A stretch of 64,000 nucleotides of DNA, taken from positions 608,001-672,000 of the forward strand of contig OZ241841.1 in assembly GCA_965202665.1 (NCBI GenBank), written 5' to 3'. Below, piece after piece: positions 9,118 through 19,641 of this stretch (position 1 is its first letter; each line of letters starts with the position of its first letter). The notes below the pieces were generated by a model. The model was not told the DNA's origin. It made no database searches and worked only from the letters and a program-made list of their open reading frames with translations. The DNA comes from Candidatus Spongiisociaceae bacterium. GTDB taxonomy: Bacteria > Actinomycetota > Acidimicrobiia > Spongiisociales > Spongiisociaceae. The position numbers and the translations under genes were made by a program.

Positions 9118-10578
9118 TCAACCCAGCCCGGTGCGCTCGTTGAAGGCGGTTATCAGTTCGTCCAGCGGCCCGGCCTGGGCCTGAATCCCCGTCCAGTAAT
9201 CATCGTCGTACCACTGCGCCTGCAACTCTTCGGCGGTGCGGCCCTGCTGCTCCACCCAGGTGTAGTACTTGAGGTTGTGGATCCGTTTGCGGTCGTAGTA
9301 GCCCAACTCGCGTGTGTGTTCGGTGGAGGCTCCCAGCAGATGACGATGGAAGGCGGCGGCCGCGTCCCGGTCGGTGAAAGACCCCCGATCTTCGGCCAAC
9401 TCGTGCAGTCGGCTGCGATACATGTCCATGGAGTCGGTGGCGATGGTGGCCAGCACGTCCCGTTCGGTCATCTCCAGGTATTTGGCCAGTTTTATAGCGG
9501 ACAGGAGATTGGCGATCCCGGACACGCCCAGCAGGGGAAGGTCGGCGATGGTTTCGGGGGGGACGCCCTGATCGGCCAGAAAGTCCTGACCGGCCGGTTC
9601 GTTGAACAGCCGCTCCAAGGCCACCGCCGCCTCGTCGTCCACCCCGATGGCGAAGTCGGTGTTTTTTACGTTGTGCACCCAGGGAATGTGCTTGTCGCCT
9701 ATGCCTTCGATGCGATGCTCGCCGAAGCCGTTGAGCAGGATGGTGGGGCACTGCACCGCCTCCCCGGCCGCGATCAGCGACCCGGGGAAAACCTGTTTCA
9801 GATAGTCGCCGGCGGCGATGGTGCCCGCCGAACCGGTGGTGACCGCAAACCCCCGGAAGCGGTCCCGCCCGCCTGAGACGGCGCGCACCGCCTCCTCCAC
9901 GGCCGGGCCGGTAACCGACGTATGCCACAGGTAGTTGCCCAGCTCGTCGAACTGGTTGAAGATGACCAGATCCTGGCCGGAGTTTCTGAGCTCGGCGCAT
10001 TTGTCGAAAATCTCTTTGACGTTGGATTCGGAACCGGGCGTTTTGATTATCTCCCCCGCCACCGACTCCAGCCAGGCGAAGCGCTCCCGGCTCATCCCCT
10101 CCGGGAGGATGGCGATGGATTCGCATCCCAGCAGATGGGAATCGTAGGCCCCGCCCCGGCAGTAGTTGCCGGTGGACGGCCACACCGCTTTCTGCGCGGC
10201 CGGGTTGAAAGTTCCGGTCACCAGGCGGGGGGCCAGGCAACCGAAGGCCGCCCCCACCTTGTGGGCCCCGGTGGGGAACCATTTGCCGACCAGGGAGATA
10301 ATCCGGGCGGGGACGCCGGTCAGTTCCGGGGGCCACTGCACCGCGTTGACCGGTCCGAAGCCGCCCCCCCGTTCCACCGGCTGGTTGTGCCAGGTGATGC
10401 GGAACAGGTTCAGGGGATGCAGATCCCACAGCCCGATTTGCCGCAGGTCGTTTTGGACGTCGGGGGGAATCAGGGACGGATCGCGCATCTGGGCCAAAGT
10501 GGGAATGCGCACCCCGCGGCGGCGGGTGTGTTCCACCACCTCCGGCAGGGCCGCTTGGTTGACGGTCAGATCGATCAT
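9118..10578 (-). CDS. PLP-dependent enzyme, fold type II (Trp-synthase-beta superfamily)
   Basis: FPTGAHKVGA (PLP lysine), PSTGNYCRGG, GSAGT and HRIEGIGD. Confidence 0.85.
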   Translation of the reverse strand: MIDLTVNQAALPEVVEHTRRRGVRIPTLAQMRDPSLIPPDVQNDLRQIGLWDLHPLNLFRITWHNQPVERGGGFGPVNAVQWPPELTGVPARIISLVGKWFPTGAHKVGAAFGCLAPRLVTGTFNPAAQKAVWPSTGNYCRGGAYDSHLLGCESIAILPEGMSRERFAWLESVAGEIIKTPGSESNVKEIFDKCAELRNSGQDLVIFNQFDELGNYLWHTSVTGPAVEEAVRAVSGGRDRFRGFAVTTGSAGTIAAGDYLKQVFPGSLIAAGEAVQCPTILLNGFGEHRIEGIGDKHIPWVHNVKNTDFAIGVDDEAAVALERLFNEPAGQDFLADQGVPPETIADLPLLGVSGIANLLSAIKLAKYLEMTERDVLATIATDSMDMYRSRLHELAEDRGSFTDRDAAAAFHRHLLGASTEHTRELGYYDRKRIHNLKYYTWVEQQGRTAEELQAQWYDDDYWTGIQAQAGPLDELITAFNERTGLG

Positions 10579-10707
10579 CGCCTCCCTTTCCGGTCGCGCT
10601 GTTCGGGCCCGGGCGCCAGCGGGAGAAACCGGGGCCCTGTCCTGTTTCTACCTTCAATCTACAAATCTACCCGTCCCGCGCCGGACGGCGCACCCGCCGG
10701 CGGGCAT

Positions 10708-12003
10708 TCACCGCTGGCCGCGTTCGCCCAGGGCCCGGGCGATTTCGTCCAAGGCGGCCGGGCCGGGGGCGATGCGCAACGGTTGAATCCCCGACCTTTC
10801 CATGCCGTCCAACACCCCGCGCACGTCTTTCAGCCCGGAACCGGTGGAAATGACCACCGCCCGGTCTTGGGGGCCGGTCCCGGGGAGGTTGCGGGCCGCG
10901 GCCCGGGCCAAACCGGCGAAAGCGGCGGCCGCGGCCGGCTCCGGGAAAACCCCGGTGCGGGCGGCCGCGGTAGGAATCATGCGCAGAATCTCATCATCGT
11001 CCACCACCACCCAGCTCCCCCCGGAGTCCCGGACGGCGGCGGCCGCCTTCACCCGGTCGCGGGGCAGGTCGGCGCTGATTGAATCAGCCGCGGTTTGCGC
11101 CGGGACGGGAAGCTTGGCCGCCACATCCTCCCGGTCGGCGGCGGCCTGCGCCAGAAAAGAACTGCCCCGGGCCTGCACCCCGTACAAGCGGGGCATGCGG
11201 TCGATCCAGCCCAGGGCCAGGGCGTCCCGGAAGCCTTTGTGAACGCCGCCGATGATGGAGCCGTCCCCCACGCTGACGAAAACCGCCTGCGGGGGGTCCC
11301 ACCCCGTCTGCTCGGCGATTTCCAAGGCGACCGTTTTCTTCCCCTCCCCCACGTAAGGGTTCACTCCGGTGTTGCGGTTGTACCAGCCGAACCGCTCCAC
11401 CGCCGCCTGGCACAGGTCGAAAGCGGCGTCGTATCCGCCTTCCACCAGCACCACTTCGGCGCCGAAGGCCAGCAGTTGCGCCACTTTGGCTTCGGGGGCG
11501 GCGGCGGGGACGAAGATCACCGCCCGCTGGCCGGTTTCGGCCGCCAAACCGGCCAGGGCGGCGGCGGCGTTGCCGGTGGAGGCGGTGGTCGCCGCCTCCG
11601 CTTTTTCCTCCGCGGCCCGGGCCAGGGCCACCGCCGAAGCCCGGTCTTTCAGGGAAGCGGTGGGCCCGCGGCCTTCGTCTTTGACGAGAACCTCCCCCAC
11701 CCCCCATTCCTCCGCCAACCGGGGGGCGGCCAGCAAGGGCGTGCCCCCCACTCCCAGCCGGGAACGGGGCGCAATCGGGGAGTTGCTTTGGGTTTGGCGG
11801 AGGGGCAGCAGGGGCAGGTAGCGCCAGAGTGACCGGTCCGGGTCGGCGGCCAAACTTTCCCGGGTGAGAACCCGTCCGACGGCCCGGTAGTCGTATTCCG
11901 CATCCAAAGTGCCCGCCGGTCCGCACCGGTCGCAGGTGTAGCGCCCCGGTTGCATCCGGTAGATTTCCCCGCACAGGGTGCAACGCAGGCCTGTGACGAA
12001 CAT
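10708..12003 (-). CDS. threonine synthase-like PLP enzyme
   Basis: N-terminal CxxC..CxxC, KDEGRGPTASLKDR, ASTGNAA, EGKKT and TGSGLKD; start placed at ATG 12003 (GAAGGAG SD). Confidence 0.85.
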   Translation of the reverse strand: MFVTGLRCTLCGEIYRMQPGRYTCDRCGPAGTLDAEYDYRAVGRVLTRESLAADPDRSLWRYLPLLPLRQTQSNSPIAPRSRLGVGGTPLLAAPRLAEEWGVGEVLVKDEGRGPTASLKDRASAVALARAAEEKAEAATTASTGNAAAALAGLAAETGQRAVIFVPAAAPEAKVAQLLAFGAEVVLVEGGYDAAFDLCQAAVERFGWYNRNTGVNPYVGEGKKTVALEIAEQTGWDPPQAVFVSVGDGSIIGGVHKGFRDALALGWIDRMPRLYGVQARGSSFLAQAAADREDVAAKLPVPAQTAADSISADLPRDRVKAAAAVRDSGGSWVVVDDDEILRMIPTAAARTGVFPEPAAAAAFAGLARAAARNLPGTGPQDRAVVISTGSGLKDVRGVLDGMERSGIQPLRIAPGPAALDEIARALGERGQR

Positions 12004-12051
12004 TTCCGGCTCCTTCGTTCCCGTTCTCTTCCCCGGCGGGCGGTCCATTCG

Positions 12052-12990
12052 CTAATCGGGGGGGATGGCGCCCCGGCGTTCGGTGATCAACCGGTAATAC
12101 TCCGGCATTCGGTAGATATCGAAGTCGAACAGGGTGCCTTTGTAATGTTCGCAGAAGTCCAAATCCAGCACCGCCGACACCACCTCGTCTTCGGTGGTGA
12201 TGGCCTGGGCGATGATTTGGCCGGAGGGGGCGATGATTACGCTCTGCGCCAGCGACTCCACTCCCTCCTCGATGCCGCCTTTGGCCACCCCCACCACGAA
12301 CGCCCCGTTGTGGTAGGCCCCCGCCTGCATGACCAGATGGTTGTGGAAAGCCGCCAAGGCGTCCTGGCTGGGATCGGGCGCGTAATAGAGGGGGGTGTTG
12401 TAACCGATCAGGATCAACTCCGCCCCTTGCAGTCCCAGCACCAGGTAGGTCTCCGACCAGCGCCGGTCGTTGCAGATGGCCATCCCCACCACGCCGTTGA
12501 AAGCCCGCCAGGTACCGAACCCGTCCGGGCCTGGTTCGAAATAGTGGCGTTCGGCGTGTTGGAAAGGGCGCCACGACTCGTTGCGGTCGTGGCCGGGGAT
12601 GTGCACTTTGCGGAATTTGGCCACCTCGGATCCGTCCCGCTCCACTAAAATGTAGGAGTTGTAGCGGTGTTCCACTCCGGCGGAGTCGGTGTGGATTTCG
12701 GCGTATCCGAGGGCGAACCCGATTCGGAGGCGGCGGGCTTCTTCGAACAGGGGGGCGGTGTCCTCATCGGGCATCTCCCGGTGGTAGTAGTGGTCGAATT
12801 CGGAAACGTCTTCCACGTACCAGCGGGGAAAGAAGGTGGTGAGGGCCAACTCCGGGTAGACCAGCACCTCCACTTGGCGGTCGGCCGCCTCCCGCAACAT
12901 GGCGATCAGGCGCTCCACCACCTCCGATTTGGACTCATCGCGGGCGATGGGGCCCATCTGGGCCGCCCCCACCGTTATCAGTCTGGCCAT
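12052..12990 (-). CDS. N-carbamoyl-D-amino-acid hydrolase (nitrilase family)
   Basis: Glu-Lys-Cys triad in PELALTTFFPRW, RKVHIPG and ICNDRRW. Confidence 0.88.
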   Translation of the reverse strand: MARLITVGAAQMGPIARDESKSEVVERLIAMLREAADRQVEVLVYPELALTTFFPRWYVEDVSEFDHYYHREMPDEDTAPLFEEARRLRIGFALGYAEIHTDSAGVEHRYNSYILVERDGSEVAKFRKVHIPGHDRNESWRPFQHAERHYFEPGPDGFGTWRAFNGVVGMAICNDRRWSETYLVLGLQGAELILIGYNTPLYYAPDPSQDALAAFHNHLVMQAGAYHNGAFVVGVAKGGIEEGVESLAQSVIIAPSGQIIAQAITTEDEVVSAVLDLDFCEHYKGTLFDFDIYRMPEYYRLITERRGAIPPD

Positions 12991-13260
12991 CGTCAACCTC
13001 CGCTCGCTCCGTTACCCGGTCATCCTCCCCCGGCGGCCTTTCGTTCTCCGGGCGGTTGCGCTCGTCCCTCCCCCGCTTACGACGCTTGCGAAAACCGGGG
13101 TTGCGCGCTTTTGGGCGGGGCGGGGGCAGGGCGATTTTTTGGGCGAGCCTCGCTGGAACTCGTATGTTGAATGCTGAATACTAGTTTGCGTTTGAGGGCG
13201 GCGCGGGCATTGGAGGCGGCAGGGACTCTGCCGGCGGGCTTATGTTTGCGGGCGGCGGGA

Positions 13261-15183
13261 TTACTCGCCGCCTTCTCCGGCCGGGACGGGAACGGGTTGG
13301 GAGCGAAACTGGGTGCGGTACAGACGGGCGTACAATCCGTCGGCGGCCAGCAGTTCGTCGTGGGTTCCCCGCTCCGCCAACCGCCCCTCGTCCATCACCA
13401 GAATGCGGTCCGCGGACAAGATGGTGGACAGGCGGTGGGCGATTACCAGCGAAGTCCGGCCCCGCATCACCCGCTCCAAAGCCTCCTGGATGAGGGCCTC
13501 CGACTCGGAGTCCAGATGGGCGGTGGCTTCGTCCAAAATCAGGATGCGGGGGTCTTTCAAAATCACCCGGGCCAAGGCGATGCGCTGCTTCTCTCCCCCC
13601 GACAGGCGGTAGCCCCGTTCCCCCACCACCGTTTCGTATCCTTCCGGCAAAGAAACTATGAACTCGTGGATGTTGGCCGCCCGGGCCGCCGCCTCCAACT
13701 CCTCCCAGCCGGCGTCCGGTTTGGCGTAACGGAGGTTGGCGGCGATCGTGTCATGAAACAGAAACGTCTCCTGGGTGACCATCCCCACCGCCTCTTCCAG
13801 CGAATCCAGGTCGGCCCGCCGCACATCCACTCCCCCCACCCGCACCTCCCCCCGGTCGATGTCGTACAAGCGGGGAACCAGATACCCTATCGTGGTCTTG
13901 CCCGCCCCGGAAGGTCCCGCCAAAGCCGTCAACTCCCCCGGCTCGATGCGGAACGACACATCCTGCAAAGCGTGGGGCCGCCCCACGGCCGGAGCCGCCT
14001 CCTCCTCCCCGTCGGGCTGGTCGGGGGCCCCGAACCGGGCCACGGCCTCCAACCGGGCCGCTTGGCGCGAATGGTAGGAAAACCACACCCGGTCGAACTC
14101 CACCGACCCCGGCCGGGAACGGACGTCGACCGCCCCCGGTTCGGACTTTATTTCAACTTCCAGATCCAGCACCTCGAACACCCGCTCGAACGACACCAGG
14201 GAAGTGGCGAACTCCACCCGGGCGTTGGATATGGCCGACAGCGGCCCGTACAACTGGACCAGCAAAGTGGAGAACATCACCACCGTCCCCAGGCTCAAAC
14301 CGCCCCTGATTACCAGATACCCGCCGAACCAGAACACCACCGCCGTCCCGATGGCGCTCACCAGCCCCAGCGCGGCGAAAAACCACATTCCGATCAGGGC
14401 CCCCCGCACCCCCAGGCGGCGCACCTCGGCCGCCTCTCCCGAAAACCGGTCCGCCTCGTCTTTTTTACGTCCGAACAGTTTCACCGCCAACGCCCCGCTC
14501 ACGTTGAACGTTTCGTTGAGAATGGACGACATGCGGGCGTTGTGCTGCATCTGGCGGTGGGTCACCTTGCGCAACATCCGGGCCACGCGGCGGGCCGGGA
14601 AAATGAACAGGGGAAGGGCGGCCACCGCCAGCAAAGTCAGCCGCCATTCGGCCCGCAGCATCACCGACATCACCACCGCCACCGAAACCAGATTGGAGGC
14701 GATGGTCACGAAAGTGCCGGTGATGGCCGTCTGCGCGCCCACCACGTCGTTGTCCAAGCGGGACACCAACTCCCCGGTTTTGGTGGCGGTGAAAAACCGG
14801 AGCGACATGGACTGCAGATGCCGGTACAGCCCGCACCGCAGGTCGAAGATGATCCCCTCCCCGGCGGCGGAGGCCATCCAGCGCTGGGCTATCCCCACCA
14901 GGGCGTTGACCAGGGGAACGGCCACCATTCCCGCCCCCAGCAGGGTCAGCAGGCCCAGGTCGGCCTCGGGGATGGCCCGGTCCACCAGCTCCCGCACCAG
15001 CAGGGGCGGGACCACCGTCAGCCCGGAAATAATGAAGATGGTGACCAGCACCCCGAACAGGGCCCAGCGGTAGGGGCGGCCGTAGGCGAACACCCGGCGC
15101 AACAGGTCCCGGTCGAACTCCGGCGCCCGTTGCCGGTCGTCGTGCAAGAAGCCCCTCCACCCGTATCCCCAACCGCTCCACAT
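13261..15183 (-). CDS. ABC exporter, fused permease and ATP-binding domains
   Basis: TM domain, GPSGAGKT, LSGGEKQR, ILDEAT and AHRL. Confidence 0.93.
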   Translation of the reverse strand: MWSGWGYGWRGFLHDDRQRAPEFDRDLLRRVFAYGRPYRWALFGVLVTIFIISGLTVVPPLLVRELVDRAIPEADLGLLTLLGAGMVAVPLVNALVGIAQRWMASAAGEGIIFDLRCGLYRHLQSMSLRFFTATKTGELVSRLDNDVVGAQTAITGTFVTIASNLVSVAVVMSVMLRAEWRLTLLAVAALPLFIFPARRVARMLRKVTHRQMQHNARMSSILNETFNVSGALAVKLFGRKKDEADRFSGEAAEVRRLGVRGALIGMWFFAALGLVSAIGTAVVFWFGGYLVIRGGLSLGTVVMFSTLLVQLYGPLSAISNARVEFATSLVSFERVFEVLDLEVEIKSEPGAVDVRSRPGSVEFDRVWFSYHSRQAARLEAVARFGAPDQPDGEEEAAPAVGRPHALQDVSFRIEPGELTALAGPSGAGKTTIGYLVPRLYDIDRGEVRVGGVDVRRADLDSLEEAVGMVTQETFLFHDTIAANLRYAKPDAGWEELEAAARAANIHEFIVSLPEGYETVVGERGYRLSGGEKQRIALARVILKDPRILILDEATAHLDSESEALIQEALERVMRGRTSLVIAHRLSTILSADRILVMDEGRLAERGTHDELLAADGLYARLYRTQFRSQPVPVPAGEGGE

Positions 15184-15253
15184 ATTTCACCTCCGGCTGC
15201 TAAGAAGGGCTATTTTACGACAGCACGGCGGTTACCGGAAACGGGGCCGGAAA

Positions 15254-17101
15254 TCAGGTGGGCAGGGCCCGGTAAAAGAAGGACGCCAACTGGGCCCGGG
15301 TCAGGGGCCGGTCCGGGCAGAACCGCCGCGGCGCGGCCTGGCATCCGGAGGTCACCCCCGCCGCGTACAGGCCCTCCGCCGCCCGCGCCTCCTCCCCGTC
15401 CCGCCCGGCCAGGTCGGCGAAGGCCGCCGCCTCCCCCTCCCCGGCCGGTTGCAGATGGTCGAAGGCGGCCATCAACATGCGGGCCGCCTCGGCCCGGGTC
15501 ACCGCCCCGTTCGGGCGGAACATTCCGCCGGGGGCCTCCATCACCCCGTTGGCCGCCGCCCACCGGGCAAACCTGCCGTACCAGGCGTCCTCCGGCACAT
15601 CGGCCAACTCGGTGGGAGGGACCTCGATCTGCGGGAAATCCCGCCACCATTCGTAAGCCCGGTAGAGAAAGGCGGCCATGTGGCGGCGGGCGACCGCCAA
15701 GCCGGGGCAGAACCGGTCCGCCTCGCATCCCAGCATCAGCCCCCGTCCCGCGATCGTTTCCACGGCCTCCTCATGCACGCTCCCGTCCTCGTCGCAGAAA
15801 CGGCCCGCGAACTCCCCCCGGCAGACCCCCGGCGGAGCGGACGGGACCGGGCCGGTCAACAGGTTGCCGTCCAGCCGCAACTCCGCCAACCGCAGACGGG
15901 AAACCTCTTCCGGAACCGGCCCGCGCAGGCGGTTGTTTTGCAGGTACAGCCACTCCAGGTTGCCCAAACCGCCCAGCGACTCGGGTATGGGGCCGGACAG
16001 GCGGTTGCCGGAGGCCCGCAACGCGGTCAGCCGGGTCAGGGAGCCCAGCGAGGCGGGGAGGGGGCCGGACAGGCGGTTGTCGGAGAGGTCCAGTTCCCGC
16101 AGATTGGACAGCCCGCCCCACTCCGCCGGGACGGGACCGGACAGCCGGTTGCCGTACAGCAACAAAGACTCCAGTTGGGACAGGGCTTCCAATTCGGGCG
16201 GGAGGGGGCCGGACAGGTCGTTTTGGTATATCCACAGTTCGGTCAACCCGGCCAAGCCGCCCCACTCGGCCGGGATGGAACCGGACAGCCGGTTGCCGCC
16301 CAGGCGGAGGCTGCCCAGTTTGGACAGCCGCCCCAAGCCGGCCGGGAGGGGGCCGGACAGTTGATTGCGCTCCAGCCAAAGCAAAGTCAGTTCCGACAGG
16401 CCGCCCAGCGACTCGGGGATGGGGCCGGTCAGCCGGTTGTCGCGCAGGGACAGGGCCGTCAAATTGCGCATGCCGTCCCATTCCGCGGGGATGGAACCGG
16501 TGAAATCGTTTCCGAACAGGGACATCAACTTCAAAGAGGCGAGCCTCCCCAACTCGGGAGGCAGGGGGCCCTCCAGGCTCGACCCCCATGCGAACAGCTC
16601 CTCCAGGTTTTCCAAATCCCCCAGCCGGGCGGGCAGGCGGCCGGTAAAGTCGTTGCCTCCGATGCGCAGGCTGGCCAAGCCGTCCAAGCGCCCTATCTCC
16701 GGCGGGAGCGGTCCGCCGATGCCGGCGTTGGTGAAAAACAACTGGTCCACCCGCCCTTCCCCGCTCACCCGGACCCCCGGCCAGTCGGTTATGTCCGCCG
16801 CCTCCCCCCGCCCCCAGGCCCGCAGCAGATGGTCGGCGGGAAGGCGGGCGTTGTCGGCATGGGCCAGCCATTGATTGCGCATCTCCGCCAACGTCCGGCA
16901 GTCGGCCGCCAGGCCCGGGTTGGCGGCCGGGTCGGCCACGTATGTCCCGTCGGCGCATCCGGCGGGGTCCAACATCCCCGTCTGGGCGGGGGCATGATTC
17001 ACCGCGGCCGCCAGCCCCCAGCAGGCGAGAAGGGCCGCCGGCCACATCAACCGGCGCCGGGCCCGCCGCCGGGCCGCCCCGGCCGCCGGCGGGTTATCCA
17101 C
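15254..17101 (-). CDS. secreted plant-type leucine-rich-repeat protein with C-terminal SLH domains
   Basis: Signal peptide, about 12-13 24-aa LxxLxLxxNxLSGPIPxxLGx repeats, then SLH motifs (FCPGLAVARRHMAAFL, FRPNGAVTRAEAA, FCPDRPLTRAQLASF). Confidence 0.88.
   Translation of the reverse strand: MDNPPAAGAARRRARRRLMWPAALLACWGLAAAVNHAPAQTGMLDPAGCADGTYVADPAANPGLAADCRTLAEMRNQWLAHADNARLPADHLLRAWGRGEAADITDWPGVRVSGEGRVDQLFFTNAGIGGPLPPEIGRLDGLASLRIGGNDFTGRLPARLGDLENLEELFAWGSSLEGPLPPELGRLASLKLMSLFGNDFTGSIPAEWDGMRNLTALSLRDNRLTGPIPESLGGLSELTLLWLERNQLSGPLPAGLGRLSKLGSLRLGGNRLSGSIPAEWGGLAGLTELWIYQNDLSGPLPPELEALSQLESLLLYGNRLSGPVPAEWGGLSNLRELDLSDNRLSGPLPASLGSLTRLTALRASGNRLSGPIPESLGGLGNLEWLYLQNNRLRGPVPEEVSRLRLAELRLDGNLLTGPVPSAPPGVCRGEFAGRFCDEDGSVHEEAVETIAGRGLMLGCEADRFCPGLAVARRHMAAFLYRAYEWWRDFPQIEVPPTELADVPEDAWYGRFARWAAANGVMEAPGGMFRPNGAVTRAEAARMLMAAFDHLQPAGEGEAAAFADLAGRDGEEARAAEGLYAAGVTSGCQAAPRRFCPDRPLTRAQLASFFYRALPT
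15845..16750 (-). repeat. 72-bp coding tandem repeats (LRR array)
   Basis: Recurrent CGGTTG..GGGCCGGACAG units with a 72-bp period; boundaries approximate. Confidence 0.8.
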
Positions 17102-17339
17102 CGCCCAGCGGCGGCAGAAAATGAACTTCGGCCCCGTCGGGCAACGGCAGGTAGGCGGCGTCGCTCATGATCTCCCCGTCGATGGCCACCGCCGTCCCGG
17201 AGGACAACCGCTCCCCCAAACCGGGAAAACGCTCATCCAGGCCGGCGATCAACTCCCGCACGGTGGGGGCCTCCACCTCCACTTCCGCCTCCCCTCCGGT
17301 AAAAGCGCGCAACGGGGAGGCCAGGAACACCCGGGCCAT
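17094..17339 (-). CDS. MoaD/ThiS-family sulfur carrier
   Basis: Ubiquitin-like, 81 aa, ends in a C-terminal GG. Confidence 0.88.
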   Translation of the reverse strand: MARVFLASPLRAFTGGEAEVEVEAPTVRELIAGLDERFPGLGERLSSGTAVAIDGEIMSDAAYLPLPDGAEVHFLPPLGGG

Positions 17340-17345
17340 GACCGG

Positions 17346-19607
17346 CTAGTCCCCGGCTTCGTCCAAAGCGGCCAGCACCCGCACCGGCGACATCGGCAAG
17401 TCGCGGAACCGGCGGCCGGTGGCGTCGTGCACCGCGTTGGCCACCGCCGCCAAAGGCGGGACGATTCCCACCTCGCCCACCCCCCGCACTCCGTACGGGT
17501 GACGGGGGTTGGGAACCTCCACCACCACCGTGTCGATCATCGGCAGGTCGGAGGCCACCGGCATCCGGTAATCCAAAAAACCGGGGTTTTCCATCGTCCC
17601 CGACCCGTTGAAAATGTATTCCTCGTTCAAGGCCCAGCCGATGCCCTGCGCCACCCCGCCCTGCATCTGGCCTTCCACGTAACTGGGGTGGATGGCCCGG
17701 CCGGCGTCCTGGGCGGTGGTGTAGCGGAGAATCTTCACCGCCCCGGTGTCCCGATCCACTTCCACATCGCACACCTGGGTGGAATAGGCCGCCCCCGCCC
17801 CCCGGGCGTTGAGGGCGGCGCTGGCGGTCACCGGGCCGCCGGTCTGGGCGGAGGCTTCGGCCAGCTCGGCCAAAGTCAAAGGCGGATGGGATCCGTCCTT
17901 GTGCTGGGCGGAGCCGTCCACCCACTCCACCTGCTCCTCCTCCGCCCCCCACATCTTGGCCGCCCGGGAGCGCAATTCGGACACCACTTTGCGGCACGCC
18001 TCCACCACCGCCATTCCGGTGGCGAAAGCCACCCGGCTGCCGCCGGTCATGGCGGTGAAACCCACCGACTCGGTGTCGGCCACCGCGGGGCGGATCAGGG
18101 TCACGTCGATTCCCAGCTCTTCAGCGGCCATCAAGGCTTGGGAAGCCCGCGAACCGCCGATGTCGGGGCTGCCGGTCATCACCGAAGCGGTGCCGTCCTC
18201 GTTGATGTGGACGGTGGCGCTGGACTCCCCGCCGATGTTGAACCAGAAACCGGTGGCCACTCCCCGGCCCTGTCCGGGTTGGAGCGGGGCCCGGTAGTGG
18301 GGATGGTCTTTGACGGCCTGCAAGGTTTCCCGGCAGCCCACCACCCGGATTTTGGGGCCGTAGGTGGACTGGGAGCCTTCCGCCACCGCATTGGCCAGCC
18401 GCAGATCGATGGGGTCCATTTCCAACTCCCGGGCGATCTCGTCCAAAACCGTCTCCGACGCGAAAGAGGCCATCGGGGCGCCCGGCGCCCGGTAGGCGGC
18501 CACTTTGGGGGTGTTGGTGACCACATCGAAGCCCTCCACCCGCACGTTGGGAATCTCGTAGGGGGCGAAAATGCACATTCCGCCGGGACCGACCGGCGAG
18601 CCGGGGAAAGCCCCCGCCTCGTAGGCCAGCCAGGCGGTGGCCGCCGTCAACCGGCCCTCCCGGTCCGCCCCCGCCTTGACCCGTATGCGGGTCCCGGAGG
18701 TGGGGCCGGTGGCGGTGAACACCTCCTCCCGGCTCATCACCATCTTCACCGGCCGCCCCGCCCGTTGCGAAAGCAGCACCGCCAGCGGCTCCAAGTAGAT
18801 GGTGGTTTTGCCTCCGAACCCGCCCCCGATCTCAGCCGGGATGACTTTGATGCGGCCCGGCTCCCATCCGATCACTTTGGCGGTCATGGAACGCACCGCG
18901 AAATGCCCCTGCGAGGAGCACCACACCACCGACCGTCCGTCTTCGCCGGTGTCGGCCACCACCGCGTGCGGTTCTATGTAGCCCTGATGCACCGCCTTGG
19001 TGGTGAACTCCCGTTCCACGATCACCTCCGCCTGCGCGAAGCCCTCCTCTGCGTCCCCGTGCTCGTAGAAGTAGCGGGAGGCGATGTTGGAAGGCTGGTC
19101 GGGGGCCGGTTCCACCCCTTTGGTGAACAGGTCGTCGTGCAGGAGGGGCGCCCCGGGGGCCATCGCCTCGTCCACGGTCAGGGCATGCTCCAACACTTCG
19201 TATTCCACTTTGACGGCGGCCGCCGCCGCAACGGCGGTCCGTTTGTCGACGGCCGCCACCGCCGCTATCGGATGCCCGGCGTAGAGGACCTTGTCGCGAG
19301 CCAGGATGTTGCGGGACAGATCCCGGAAGTCGACTTCCGCCTCCCCGCCCGACGCGGCCTCCGATTCCAGTTCCGGCAGGTCGGCCCCGGTTATCACCGC
19401 CTTCACCCCCTCCATCCGTTCGGCGGCGGAGACGTCGAGGGAAAGAATCCGGGCGTGGGCGTGGGGGGAGCGCAACACCGCCCCCATCAGCATTCCCGGC
19501 AGGGCCCAGTCGGCCCCGAAACGGGCCCGCCCGGTGACTTTGTCCAGCCCGTCGTGGCGGACCGGCCGGGTCCCCACCCACTTGTAGCCGTTGGCAGCGG
19601 TGGTCAC
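17346..19607 (-). CDS. xanthine dehydrogenase-family molybdopterin-binding subunit
   Basis: RSPHAHA, GGGFGGK, AYRAPG, GQMQGG and GVGE. Confidence 0.93.
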   Translation of the reverse strand: MTTAANGYKWVGTRPVRHDGLDKVTGRARFGADWALPGMLMGAVLRSPHAHARILSLDVSAAERMEGVKAVITGADLPELESEAASGGEAEVDFRDLSRNILARDKVLYAGHPIAAVAAVDKRTAVAAAAAVKVEYEVLEHALTVDEAMAPGAPLLHDDLFTKGVEPAPDQPSNIASRYFYEHGDAEEGFAQAEVIVEREFTTKAVHQGYIEPHAVVADTGEDGRSVVWCSSQGHFAVRSMTAKVIGWEPGRIKVIPAEIGGGFGGKTTIYLEPLAVLLSQRAGRPVKMVMSREEVFTATGPTSGTRIRVKAGADREGRLTAATAWLAYEAGAFPGSPVGPGGMCIFAPYEIPNVRVEGFDVVTNTPKVAAYRAPGAPMASFASETVLDEIARELEMDPIDLRLANAVAEGSQSTYGPKIRVVGCRETLQAVKDHPHYRAPLQPGQGRGVATGFWFNIGGESSATVHINEDGTASVMTGSPDIGGSRASQALMAAEELGIDVTLIRPAVADTESVGFTAMTGGSRVAFATGMAVVEACRKVVSELRSRAAKMWGAEEEQVEWVDGSAQHKDGSHPPLTLAELAEASAQTGGPVTASAALNARGAGAAYSTQVCDVEVDRDTGAVKILRYTTAQDAGRAIHPSYVEGQMQGGVAQGIGWALNEEYIFNGSGTMENPGFLDYRMPVASDLPMIDTVVVEVPNPRHPYGVRGVGEVGIVPPLAAVANAVHDATGRRFRDLPMSPVRVLAALDEAGD

Positions 19608-19641
19608 TTCTCCTCCTTGTTTCTTGGTTTCTCGTTATACG

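Noticed and set aside
15845-16750. 72-bp periodic repeats as a CRISPR array
   Set aside because: They are degenerate in-frame LRR coding repeats, not identical repeats with unique spacers.
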